A DNA stretch of 64,000 nt from Candidatus Poribacteria bacterium. GTDB lineage: Bacteria; Poribacteria; WGA-4E; PCPOR2b. The stretch spans positions 2,240,001-2,304,000 of the forward strand of contig OZ240245.1 of NCBI GenBank assembly GCA_965198175.1. The letters run 5' to 3'. The position numbers and the translations under genes were made by a program. Positions 10,615 through 20,004 of this stretch are shown in pieces. Every line of letters starts with the position of its first letter. The first letter of the stretch is position 1. Below the pieces are notes generated by a model. The model was not told the DNA's origin. It searched no databases and worked only from the letters and a program-made list of their open reading frames with translations.

Positions 10615-12537
10615 TTGAGGGAGCACAAGGTGGTGACACACGAAAAAAGCAGTTCAATCTATGTTGTAGATACCCCCCGAATTCGTTTTATATTCCGCGC
10701 CCTGATTTTCGGTTCGGTCCTGATTATACTCAACTGTTATTGGATTGTATCCGCGGAGAATCGGGTTGTGTGGGAATTGACAGACTTTTCCATTTTCCCC
10801 ACTGTGCTGTTTACCCTCTTTCTTGTGGCGCTGGTCAACCTTTTATTGAAACGCTTCTTCAAAGGTGCGCCTTTGAGCGAAGCGGAGTTAGCAATCATCT
10901 ACATCATGGTTTCGGTTGCGACAGCGCTTGCGGGACATGACATCGTCCGGCAGTTAGTTCCCATGATGACGACCCCCTTTTGGTACGCGACCGCCGAAAA
11001 CGAATGGGAAGCGCTCTTTTTCCGTTTCATCCCGTCATGGCTCGCTGTTGAAGATCGAAGTGTTTTACAAGGCTATTTTGAGGGAGATGATAGCTTTTGG
11101 CGGCGCGAGTATATTGATGCGTGGCTAACGCCCATTCTCGCATGGACGCTCCTCGTCGTGGTTTTGCTGTTCATGATGCTCTGCATCAACATTATAGTCA
11201 GAAAGCAGTGGATCGAGCATGAGAAGTTGAGTTATCCGCTGACTGTGATGCCAATTGAAGTCATCGGCGGCACCTCAAAACTGTTCTCCAACAGACTCAT
11301 CTGGATTGGATTTGGCATCGCTTTTAGCCTCGAAATCCTCGCTGGAATCAACCATCTTTATCCAATTGTTCCTGCGCTAAAAGCCAAGTTTGTTATTCGC
11401 TTTTTCGAAAAGCCGTGGAACTCGGTCGGTTGGGGAGGTACCGGGGGTTTCCCAGTCTATACCTACCCTTTTGCCATCGGATTTGGATATCTGATGCCTA
11501 TCGACCTATCGTTTTCGTTGTGGTTCTTTTACCTGTTTTGGACTGCTCAACGCATATTCTTCAATGCGATAGGCTGGACAACCGCAATCAGCTTGCAAGC
11601 ACAGCAAAGATCTGGTGCATGGCTGGGCATCGGTATACTGGCGCTTTGGACAAGCCGAAAACACATAGCGCGCGTGTTAAACGGCGTCTTTTCATCCAAA
11701 CTCGCCGATCCGCTGTATCGTATGGCATTGTTCGGAATCATCTTCGGAATGGGATTCATCCTCTTCTTCTGGTATCAGGCAGGGCTATCGCTTTGGGTGG
11801 CATTGGGGTACTTCGGCATCTACTTCATCCTCTGTATTGCGATGACCCGAATGCGGGCAGAATTAGGCCCACCGACACACGAATTACACAGCGCCCATCC
11901 GGATCAGATGATGATATGGATGATAGGTACCCGGCCGCTGGGCCCCGGGAATCTAACGAATACCACGCTTCTATCATGGCTGGCTTACGGTTATCGATGT
12001 CACCCGATGCCCCATCAGTTGGAAGGTTTCAAAATCGGATCGCATTTCCGAATCAGTGAGAATCGGCTAGTTGTGGCAATTATCGTGGCATCGGTTGTCG
12101 GTACAATCATGGCGATTGGCGCTCATGTAACGCTTTACTACAGATACCGCTTCCATCATTGGGGCGTTGGCGAAATTCACCGTCTGCACAGTTGGATCGC
12201 GTTTCCACAAACGACCGATATACCGGCAATCCAACACATGGGGTTTGGATTACTCTTTACGGTGGCGCTTACCATCCTGAAAAGACGTTTCCTGTGGTGG
12301 CCCCTTTACCCAGTGGGCTACGCTGTCGGAAATGGTTGGGTAATCGGTTGGCTGTGGTTTTCCATCTTCCTAGGTTGGTTATTTAAGCGGCTGCTCTTTG
12401 CTACCGGTGGAGTCACATTCTATCGACGGGCATTGCCCTTCTTCCTCGGTTTAATCTTTGGACAATTTCTCGCCGGCAGTCTGTGGAGCCTCATTGGCGT
12501 TCTGTTTAATACAAATGTCTACACGTTATTCCCATAA
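10615..12537 (+). CDS. Multi-pass membrane protein, DUF6785/DUF6784-like putative (oligopeptide) transporter
   Basis: About 15 TM segments; motifs RKQWIEHEKLSYPL, RMRAELGPP, HPMPHQLEGFK, WWPLYPVGY, LPFFLGLIFG; family assignment from recall. Confidence 0.7.
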   Translation: MREHKVVTHEKSSSIYVVDTPRIRFIFRALIFGSVLIILNCYWIVSAENRVVWELTDFSIFPTVLFTLFLVALVNLLLKRFFKGAPLSEAELAIIYIMVSVATALAGHDIVRQLVPMMTTPFWYATAENEWEALFFRFIPSWLAVEDRSVLQGYFEGDDSFWRREYIDAWLTPILAWTLLVVVLLFMMLCINIIVRKQWIEHEKLSYPLTVMPIEVIGGTSKLFSNRLIWIGFGIAFSLEILAGINHLYPIVPALKAKFVIRFFEKPWNSVGWGGTGGFPVYTYPFAIGFGYLMPIDLSFSLWFFYLFWTAQRIFFNAIGWTTAISLQAQQRSGAWLGIGILALWTSRKHIARVLNGVFSSKLADPLYRMALFGIIFGMGFILFFWYQAGLSLWVALGYFGIYFILCIAMTRMRAELGPPTHELHSAHPDQMMIWMIGTRPLGPGNLTNTTLLSWLAYGYRCHPMPHQLEGFKIGSHFRISENRLVVAIIVASVVGTIMAIGAHVTLYYRYRFHHWGVGEIHRLHSWIAFPQTTDIPAIQHMGFGLLFTVALTILKRRFLWWPLYPVGYAVGNGWVIGWLWFSIFLGWLFKRLLFATGGVTFYRRALPFFLGLIFGQFLAGSLWSLIGVLFNTNVYTLFP

Positions 12538-12570
12538 ACGATTCCATTCGTTTCTGCTTGAAAAAGCGTG

Positions 12571-12599
12571 TTGAAAATCCTTCCGGGTTATGCGATAAT
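12571..12599 (+). promoter_or_regulatory. Sigma70-type promoter of mmsA
   Basis: TTGAAA-N17-GATAAT with TG extension. Confidence 0.45.
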
Positions 12600-12752
12600 A
12601 GCTCAGGATCAAGCGACTGGATAAGGAGTGCGATAGTCTTGGTCTTCAGCTTTTTTTTGATCGGATTGAACGGCTGATGTGTAATCCTAAGTTACAGTGA
12701 CTACAAATCCTAGATTGCTGAGCACGCAATATTCAGGAGGCTTCGAAACACC

Positions 12753-14207
12753 ATGAGCACAGAAAATATCCTTCGTAACTACATTGGTAACGAGTGGCGC
12801 CATTCTAGCGCCAGCGAGTATCTAGACGTGAAAAACCCCGCCACGGCTGAGGTAATCAGCGCCGTTCCCCTTTCACCCGCCGCTGAAGTCGATCAGGCAG
12901 CGCAAGCCGCGTCTGAAGCTCTCGTCGAGTGGCGCCGCACGCCGCCGACAGATCGAATACAATACCTATTCAAACTGAAAAACTTGCTTGAAGAACACTT
13001 TGACGATATCGCTCGAACCATCACCCTAGAATGTGGCAAAACGCTCGATGAATCGAGAGGAGAAATGCGCCGAGCCGTTGAGAACGTCGAGGTTGCCTGC
13101 GGCATTCCGACGCTGATGCAAGGCTATAATCTCGAAGACATCGCCGCCGGCATTGACGAGATGATGATTCGCCAACCGGTGGGGGTATGCGCGGCAATCG
13201 CGCCGTTCAACTTCCCTAGCATGATTGTCTTTTGGTTTTTGCCGTATGCTATCGCCTGTGGCAATACCTACATTGTTAAACCGTCGGAGAAGGTACCGCT
13301 TACCATGCAGAAAATCTTCGGCTTGCTGGAACAGGTCGGATTGCCCGAAGGCGTAGTCAATCTGGTAAACGGCGCCAAAGAAACGGTGGATGCAATCTTG
13401 GATCATCCGACAATTAAAGCTATTAGCTTCGTCGGTTCGACGCCCGTCGCCAAGTCTGTCTATCGTCGAGCAACCGCGAATGGCAAGCGGGCGCAATGCC
13501 AGGGTGGGGCGAAGAATCCAATCATTGTTCTACCCGATGCAGATATGGAAGTCACACGCCGCACGGTACCTGAAAGTGCGTTCGGATGCGCCGGGCAGCG
13601 ATGTTTGGCGGGGTCGCTTGCGATCACTGTTGGTGAGGCGCGGAGTTGGTTTACTGACATCATCTCTGAGGCAGCGGCGAGCCGCGTTGTCGGCGACGGA
13701 TTGCAAGCGGACGTTGAAATGGGACCTGTGATTACACCTCAAAGCAAAGCTCGTATTGAGGGTTTAATTCAGAAGGGTGCGGATGAAGGCGCGAATATCT
13801 TGGTAGACGGTCGTAACGCAAGTATCGCTGGGTACGAAAATGGTAATTTCATTCGCCCAACCCTATTGGACGATTTAAATCCATCAAGCGAAATCGCGCA
13901 AACGGAGATTTTTGGTCCGGTTCTGAGTCTGATTCACGTCAACACTATTGATGAGGCGATTGCGTTGGTCAATAGCAGAAACTACGGCAACATGGCGTGC
14001 TTGTATACGAGTAGTGGGGCATCCGCCCGTAAATTCCGATATGAGGCAGAAATCGGCAATATCGGAATTAACCTCGGTGTTGCGGCGCCGATGGCGTTCT
14101 TTCCTTTCAGCGGTTGGAAAGAGAGTTTCTTCGGAGATCTACACGGTCAAGGACAGGACGCCGTTGAGTTCTTCACCCAGAAGAAAGTTGTCGTCGAACG
14201 TTGGTAG
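12753..14207 (+). CDS. mmsA: CoA-acylating methylmalonate-semialdehyde dehydrogenase
   Basis: [50 protein letters not shown]. Confidence 0.93.
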   Translation: MSTENILRNYIGNEWRHSSASEYLDVKNPATAEVISAVPLSPAAEVDQAAQAASEALVEWRRTPPTDRIQYLFKLKNLLEEHFDDIARTITLECGKTLDESRGEMRRAVENVEVACGIPTLMQGYNLEDIAAGIDEMMIRQPVGVCAAIAPFNFPSMIVFWFLPYAIACGNTYIVKPSEKVPLTMQKIFGLLEQVGLPEGVVNLVNGAKETVDAILDHPTIKAISFVGSTPVAKSVYRRATANGKRAQCQGGAKNPIIVLPDADMEVTRRTVPESAFGCAGQRCLAGSLAITVGEARSWFTDIISEAAASRVVGDGLQADVEMGPVITPQSKARIEGLIQKGADEGANILVDGRNASIAGYENGNFIRPTLLDDLNPSSEIAQTEIFGPVLSLIHVNTIDEAIALVNSRNYGNMACLYTSSGASARKFRYEAEIGNIGINLGVAAPMAFFPFSGWKESFFGDLHGQGQDAVEFFTQKKVVVERW

Positions 14208-14219
14208 CGGGCGATTGGG

Positions 14220-14687
14220 ATGAACAGAAGAAAAGTTATTTACCTTGCGAACCACTACGGTTTCTCAGACCAACAGCGGAAAACCTTGTTGCCGCCTCTC
14301 GTTGAGGCGCTCGAGGCGATAGGCTTAGAAGTATGGGAGCCGTTTGCGCGGAACAATGAGGACAGATCATCGCCCGGTTGGGCTTATCGAATCGGACAAG
14401 CAGACATGCGGGATGTATTGGAGGCGGACGCAATCTTTGCAGTCGTAAACGGCCTGCCGCCAGATGAAGGAGTAATGGTAGAGCTAGGCATGGCGATAGC
14501 CGCAGGCAAGCCTACCTTTCTATTTCGGGACGACTTTCGGCGCGTCGCTGATAGCGACGAATACCCGCTCAATCTTATGCTCTTCACCGGTCTGCCCCAA
14601 CAAGGTTGGAAACGCTTCTACTACACATCAATCGCTGATATCTCATCGCCCGATAAAGCCCTCGCGCCCTGGGCAAAAACAATGTAG
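14220..14687 (+). CDS. Nucleoside 2-deoxyribosyltransferase family protein
   Basis: IYLAN, D..D, PDEGVMVELGMA, NLM motifs. Confidence 0.88.
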   Translation: MNRRKVIYLANHYGFSDQQRKTLLPPLVEALEAIGLEVWEPFARNNEDRSSPGWAYRIGQADMRDVLEADAIFAVVNGLPPDEGVMVELGMAIAAGKPTFLFRDDFRRVADSDEYPLNLMLFTGLPQQGWKRFYYTSIADISSPDKALAPWAKTM

Positions 14688-14704
14688 CGTCGTATCCAAA
14701 TATT

Positions 14705-14724
14705 CTCCCCTTGTTAAGGGGGAG
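14705..14724. repeat. REP-like/terminator hairpin
   Basis: CTCCCCTT-gtt-AAGGGGGAG imperfect inverted repeat. Confidence 0.45.
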
Positions 14725-14927
14725 TTAGAGGGCGTCGAATGTTTGTTCCCTTGCCGTTTTCTTGGCATTCACAGTCTAATTTACCGTCAATGAGTGCTTC
14801 CTTCCTTGGCAATTTACGCCGGCAATGCCTTTAATCCATCCTATCCGCCATTCACCGTGTTATTGGACTATGACAGTATACGTAAGATTTGCTTCCATTA
14901 TAGTTTAGGATTGCATTGCCAATCGCT

Positions 14928-15254
14928 TTAGTTTGCACGCGGATCCCCTGATTTTATCTTCTCGTAAATGTGATCTATCAAATCTTCCGAGGTGTCATCC
15001 TTACGATTAGCTTCTCCTTCTCCCGATGGTTTATTTTGCAGATATTCCAAATGTCCTTTGCCGCTCCGTCTTAGAAAGGATGTTATATGTTTGTCAATAC
15101 CGTCAAGCGTGTCTATCATTCTTTCAAACACAAAGTGGTTTTGCGTGTCAAAGAACTCTTCACATTGTGTCAAATCCTTTCTTACTTCTTCTACGCTTCT
15201 ATGAGCTATTACGAGTTCCAAATACTTGTCCTTCTTGCTCCAATCTACTCCCAC
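14928..15254 (-). CDS. Hypothetical 108-aa protein, divergent from terminase genes
   Basis: GTG start with AAAGGAG RBS; charged helical composition; own promoter. Confidence 0.65.
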   Translation of the reverse strand: MGVDWSKKDKYLELVIAHRSVEEVRKDLTQCEEFFDTQNHFVFERMIDTLDGIDKHITSFLRRSGKGHLEYLQNKPSGEGEANRKDDTSEDLIDHIYEKIKSGDPRAN

Positions 15255-15393
15255 TGAAACTTCTCCTTTCGTGTGAGATCAGAATTGTCAATTTTGGGGT
15301 TACTCATTCTCGAATCGTTCACAGTGTCAAAGTGGTTTAGGACAGACGCCGGGGTTGGCGCACGTGATACCCCTCAACAAATGCGATACATTC

Positions 15394-15422
15394 AGATTAC
15401 CAAATCCCGTCCTGACTGTCAA
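15394..15422 (-). promoter_or_regulatory. Sigma70-type promoter for 108-aa ORF
   Basis: TTGACA-N17-TAATCT on minus strand. Confidence 0.55.
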
Positions 15423-15728
15423 TCGTTCATTTCCCATCGCTCGCACACACCCCGAGGTTCCCGCCTAAGCCATGTCTCATTATTTTTTTTCTGCCTAACT
15501 TTCGTTTAAGTTTTGTAGAATGAGGTGAGCCGCCGGTACCACCGAACCTACATTACTTGATGCGGTGAATGATAACGTTTGGGCAGAAAAATTACAGTTT
15601 TTACAGTCTATAAAAAAAGGGGAAATTGCAGCGAGCGAAGCGGTGTTTTTGCTGGTTCCGGGCGCGAAATGATTTCCATATGTGTAGTAGGTATATGTGG
15701 GGCATTTCGATGTCGGCAGAGGTTAACG

Positions 15729-15929
15729 CATAGTGGTGAACGGGTTCGGGGGTTAAGTATGTTCAAAAGTTGAAGTTTATTTTGGTCGTTATAACCTTGT
15801 TACAAAAAGTAGTGTCATTTTTTGTATTTTCTGCAAGAGTTTTTCAAGAATTTCGTGGTGATGCAGCATTTGTAGGATGGGTAGGGCGGAGGTGGTAGGA
15901 TTGGCAACATAGTGAGGAACGGGTTCGGG
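15729..15929 (+). repeat. 22-bp direct repeat pair
   Basis: CATAGTGGTGAACGGGTTCGGG (15729-15750) and CATAGTGAGGAACGGGTTCGGG (15908-15929), 20/22 identical. Confidence 0.7.
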
Positions 15930-16039
15930 AGGCGATTTGATCTTAATCTTAAGTAGAGTATTTGAACCAACGCATGAGCGCGGATGCTGGGTGGATGGGA
16001 TGCTCAACGATCTGAAAACTTGTAAAAACTTGTAAAAGC

Positions 16040-16069
16040 TTGACAAAACTATGCAGCAAGCTGTAAAAT
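16040..16069 (+). promoter_or_regulatory. Sigma70-type promoter upstream of terminase genes
   Basis: TTGACA-N18-TAAAAT; overlapped by 10-bp tandem AAAACTTGTA-like repeats from about 16016. Confidence 0.55.
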
Positions 16070-16211
16070 AGTGGTTGATATAAATACATATACTATATAT
16101 ACCACTTTTAGGTTGTACGGTCTAAAAAAAGCGTGATTCGCGGGTGGCGGAAAACGGATTTTTGCACTGTGGGTCGCGACAAACTGATAATTGCACCATG
16201 GAGAAGCAAAC

Positions 16212-16766
16212 ATGAAACTAACAAAAGAGCGAATTGACATTTTGGCGAAAGCCTTACGTAACGGCACAATCATCAAGCATGCTTGCGTTGGCGCGGGCAT
16301 CTGCGAAAAGACGTACCACAATTGGCAGAACGAATTTTCGGACAAGGAGCTAGATCCGTTGGATCCGGAAGAAGCGCTCAACGAGGAACCTGACCGAGTC
16401 GACCTTCTCAGGTATTTTGTGCGCGAGGCCTCCATGGCGTTGAACGACTATTCTTCAGGGTTGTTGGAAAAGATTCATCAGGCGGACTCCTGGCAAGCGG
16501 CGGCGTGGATTTTGGAGAGGCGATTCCCGGAGGAGTTTGGGCGCCGCGCTGCAATGCGACACGCCGATGCCGTAGTGCACACGGAATCCGAGACGACGGA
16601 GCAAACACAGTCGGAGACAGGGAAACCGGAGGATAACCCGAGTCATCCGAACTATACCGGCAGACCCCCAAACGGGACCTTTGAGAAGTTAGCCCGACGA
16701 TGGGACGAACAACATTCCACGCAAAATGCGGGAGGAAGGAACGGTGACAAGATGCCAAATGTTTGA
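16212..16766 (+). CDS. Phage terminase small subunit-like HTH protein
   Basis: ATG 16212 with GGAGA RBS; N-terminal HTH (ACVGAGICEKTYHNW); WQAAAWILERRFPEEFGR motif typical of phage TerS-like proteins; overlaps terL. Confidence 0.75.
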   Translation: MKLTKERIDILAKALRNGTIIKHACVGAGICEKTYHNWQNEFSDKELDPLDPEEALNEEPDRVDLLRYFVREASMALNDYSSGLLEKIHQADSWQAAAWILERRFPEEFGRRAAMRHADAVVHTESETTEQTQSETGKPEDNPSHPNYTGRPPNGTFEKLARRWDEQHSTQNAGGRNGDKMPNV

Positions 16767-18543
16767 GTGGCTGCAATCAAGGTTATGTTCACTTGATTGC
16801 AGCGAACAAATCACAGAAATAGAAAAGATGCGGGAGGAGCTTGCGCCCGGAGAACGCGGCGAATTCGATGAAATCGCCGCGTTCACGTCGATCGCCTACT
16901 TTGCGAAAGTTCATTTCCCCGATGTTACTAAATTGCCTTTCGGCAAACATCACACTGCGTTTTTTAACGCCATTCCCCGCGGTGAACGCGACAAGAAAGT
17001 GAATTTCTTAGCGCCTCGCGGCTCCTCGAAGTCGACTTGCCTTGCGGTTATTTACCCGATTCATTGCATCTTCTACAAGTATCTCTACGAAGAATTCGGC
17101 ATGCCGTGCGACAATTACATTCTTATCCTCAGCCGCACGTATGACAACGCCATTGACCGTATCAATGACATCCGGGAGGCGATTGAATCAAACGAAGCGT
17201 TTCAACACCTGAAGGGCAACGTTTGGGCGGAGCGGCGATCCATTACATCCAACGGCGTGCTATTGGTTCCCCAGTCTCGCGGCGGCAAGGTTCGAGGAAG
17301 TCTGTTCCGAGGCTATCGTCCCTCGTTAGTTATTTCGGACGACCTCGACGACCGTGATGCCATCAGGAATCCAAAAAGGCTTGAGAAAGATATGGACTGG
17401 TGGGAGTCCGACCTGATGCAGTGCGGCGACGAGAATACGAATTTTATCTGTGTGGATACGGTGAAAGCTGTTGAGGCGATAGCATACGGACTGCGCAAAA
17501 AACCAGCTTGGACGACGCACAATTTTCAAGCAATCGAGCATCCGCCTGAGTTGAAACACCCGAGGCACGAAGCGCTGTGGAAAGAGTATCGGAAAATCTA
17601 CTGCGATCGTGCGGTCGACCCATTGGAGCGTCAGGAAAATATTGATGAATTTTACGAAGCCAATAAAGCCGCGATGAACGAAGGCGTCGAGGAACTCTGG
17701 CACGAAAAGTGGTCCTATCGTAAGATTCGTGAAAAGGAATTTGAACACGGCAGACCGTTTATTCTGCGGGAATATCAGAATCTGCCGGTCGACCGCGCGA
17801 TGGCTTGGTTCCCGATGGATGAAGCGATTACCTTTGAGAGTGAGCGTTACGGACTGATGCGGTCCGACGGTCGGCTGGTCAACTGGGGGGAGCTTAGCGG
17901 CGCAACGGTCTTTTTAGATTGGGCAGGGGCAGGTGAAATCAGGGAACAAAACTGCTACGCCGCGGTCGTCACGATACTCTGGGAACCTGTACCTGGAATG
18001 AAGTATGATGACTCATTGACGTATCCAGCGTATGGGTATGTGTTTTCGGAAAAAATGCTAAGAGGTTCCCGTACCGAACAACTGGAAGTGCACATTAAAG
18101 AGTTAAGGGAAGTCCGGTCCTTCTTGGCGCCGATGCAGCCACGCGCCGACTATTTTCTGCGCTGTGAAGACATGGTGGACACGACCGGGGACATGAGACA
18201 AAACTTCGAGACTGAGTACAAACAACTTCGGGCGAAGTACAGCTTTCCAGAATATGTCCAGTATGTTCCTCGAATCAAGCGGAAAGATGACCGAATCGTT
18301 GCCCTCCAGTCACCGATAGAGAACGGTTGGCTCTGCTTTTCAAGCAAGTTGTCAGAACTCTATATGGATCAGATGAGGCATTTCCCTTACGGAGATTTCA
18401 ACGATGGTCCTGATGCGACGGAAGGAGCGTGGTCCCACCCCGTGTTCCGCCTACGCCCAGAGCCGATGCCGCCAGACATGCCCTGGGAAGAACCGAGGAA
18501 TACAGAAAGGCGATTGCCTGACTTTTGGGGCTACTGCCAATGA
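16726..18543 (+). CDS. Phage terminase large subunit (start may be ATG 16759)
   Basis: Walker A APRGSSKST, Walker B VISDDLDD, EYQN linker, RNase H-like FLDWAG and FPYGDFNDGPDA. Confidence 0.88.
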   Translation: MREEGTVTRCQMFEWLQSRLCSLDCSEQITEIEKMREELAPGERGEFDEIAAFTSIAYFAKVHFPDVTKLPFGKHHTAFFNAIPRGERDKKVNFLAPRGSSKSTCLAVIYPIHCIFYKYLYEEFGMPCDNYILILSRTYDNAIDRINDIREAIESNEAFQHLKGNVWAERRSITSNGVLLVPQSRGGKVRGSLFRGYRPSLVISDDLDDRDAIRNPKRLEKDMDWWESDLMQCGDENTNFICVDTVKAVEAIAYGLRKKPAWTTHNFQAIEHPPELKHPRHEALWKEYRKIYCDRAVDPLERQENIDEFYEANKAAMNEGVEELWHEKWSYRKIREKEFEHGRPFILREYQNLPVDRAMAWFPMDEAITFESERYGLMRSDGRLVNWGELSGATVFLDWAGAGEIREQNCYAAVVTILWEPVPGMKYDDSLTYPAYGYVFSEKMLRGSRTEQLEVHIKELREVRSFLAPMQPRADYFLRCEDMVDTTGDMRQNFETEYKQLRAKYSFPEYVQYVPRIKRKDDRIVALQSPIENGWLCFSSKLSELYMDQMRHFPYGDFNDGPDATEGAWSHPVFRLRPEPMPPDMPWEEPRNTERRLPDFWGYCQ

Positions 18544-18967
18544 TGTCGAATTTGAATTCCGCGTCTAGCGATAGGAGCAATCTAAGAGCTGATTACGCGA
18601 CCAGTACGGAGCCCGCGAGTCATCATAGTGTAATTCCCCGCATAACCTGTACAGTTGAATAAGATTGATAATCGTCTAATAGATTGATTCCTATATATAT
18701 AAAGTCGGATGGCAATATTTCGCGAACAATTTGAATCTATTGGTTAGCGTTAAAAGTAAATGACTTCGCTTTTGGAAACGCTTATTGCAATTATTACTAA
18801 ATGTGGTAGTTATACTCCTTGAGTGGCCTCTATGATGCAGGATTCTGGTCGTTTTTGAAATCGCTTCTACATAGGCAACCTTTTTCAATTGAAGGCATTC
18901 GCCTATTTACGCGTAAAGAATGTCATTAGAAAAACGGGATGTGCCCTTTCCTGGAGGGAAATTTATC

Positions 18968-19312
18968 ATGCAAAACATACTTTTTAATGTTTCACCGTTC
19001 CATGGAAGAATCAATCGAAAGCAATATGGACTATTTTGGTTAGCTGGGTTGCTCAATTTCTCAGTTCTAATTCTATCAGCTTTCATATTTGCAAAATTAA
19101 CTCCTAACGCGAGCCCATTACCCATAACTATACCATCATTCCTGTTAGGCATTTATTTAACTCTAGCAGCCAACATCAAACGACTCCACGACAGAAACAA
19201 GACCGGGTGGTGGATGTTAGCAGCCATTTTCCTACCAATAGCAATTTATGTTATCATCTCAAACTGCTGCATCAAAGGAACAGAAGGACAAAACAGTTAC
19301 GGAACACATTAA
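18968..19312 (+). CDS. DUF805/YhaH-family inner membrane protein
   Basis: GRINRKQY, KRLHDRNKTGWW, KGTEGQNSYG; GGAGG RBS before ATG 18968; AT-rich. Confidence 0.88.
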   Translation: MQNILFNVSPFHGRINRKQYGLFWLAGLLNFSVLILSAFIFAKLTPNASPLPITIPSFLLGIYLTLAANIKRLHDRNKTGWWMLAAIFLPIAIYVIISNCCIKGTEGQNSYGTH

Positions 19313-19416
19313 TCACCCGATAGTACCATTACGATTTGCATTTTTCAAGCGATAATCTTCAGCGAAAGTTTTGGAGTCAATGAATGGTAGTGGTTTTCGT
19401 ACGTTGGGTAGTTATT

Positions 19417-19517
19417 GTAGGTTGGGTTAAGCGGTGATGCCAATATTAGTGAGCTACAACGCATGCGTGTCGCGGTTTATAAAGCGCAAGATCTTTCAGC
19501 ACACAGCGTAACCCAAC
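19417..19517. repeat. REP/MITE-like element
   Basis: GTAG-GTTGGGTTA...TAACCCAAC inverted arms (19421-19429 / 19509-19517). Confidence 0.55.
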
Positions 19518-19814
19518 TCTTTTGAAACCTCCAGAACTCCAATAAAACGTTAGGTCTCGCTCCAACCAGACGAATTATGAATACATTAAGCCAACAAAAC
19601 CTATGCTCAATTATTCAGGTGGCTGATCGATTCCCCTCAACTCAATTCTTTTTATTGTTTATGATTGTGAAGATGTGTAAAAGTGAGAAGTTTGCTTTCT
19701 CTTTCAACGTATCTTACCGGCGTGCCGCGACTCCGACTGAAATGACTGTAAAGATAGAATCCAATTAGTGTGAAACACCCCGCAATGTTATCTTGAAAAA
19801 AATTACAATCGCCC

Positions 19815-19843
19815 TTGACAGATGCAACGTTTCTCCATACAAT
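19815..19843 (+). promoter_or_regulatory. cas operon sigma70 promoter
   Basis: TTGACA-N17-TACAAT, about 160 bp upstream of cas3. Confidence 0.75.
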
Positions 19844-19887
19844 ATAGTTAATACGTGATAAGCAAATATTCAACCAACGGTAACCAA

Positions 19888-19924
19888 GCATCTCGAAACA
19901 TCGAGACGAAAAGCGGATTGGTAG
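19888..19924 (+). repeat. Degenerate CRISPR repeat-like sequence in cas3 5' UTR
   Basis: GCATCTCGAAACATCGAGACGAAAAGCGGATTGGTAG is 23/37 identical to repeat B, 18/23 in the 3' part, including exact GAAAAGCGGA. Confidence 0.55.
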
Positions 19925-20004
19925 GAGCATTGACCGCGTTACTGCAGGTCGGCAAGAATGCGACGTTTGGGTTGCGAAGGTATAGGATTGAGTGAGGTTT
20001 TGTA

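Noticed and set aside
14220..14687. Nucleoside deoxyribosyltransferase as a defence effector at the island edge
   Set aside because: It is operonic with mmsA (12-bp gap) and single-domain; housekeeping is more likely.
17125..17135. 11-nt match ATCCTCAGCCG between spacer 4 and terL (self-targeting?)
   Set aside because: Flanks do not match; expected by chance. I saw no full-length spacer match in the window by eye, but a computed search is still needed.
14700..19400. Complete prophage or PICI
   Set aside because: No integrase, primase, capsid, portal, tail genes, tRNA or att repeats were recognised.
19831..19860. Partial complementarity of the post-terminal spacer (33737-33776) to the cas promoter -10 region
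   Set aside because: Needs gaps, is AT-rich and lacks a contiguous seed match.
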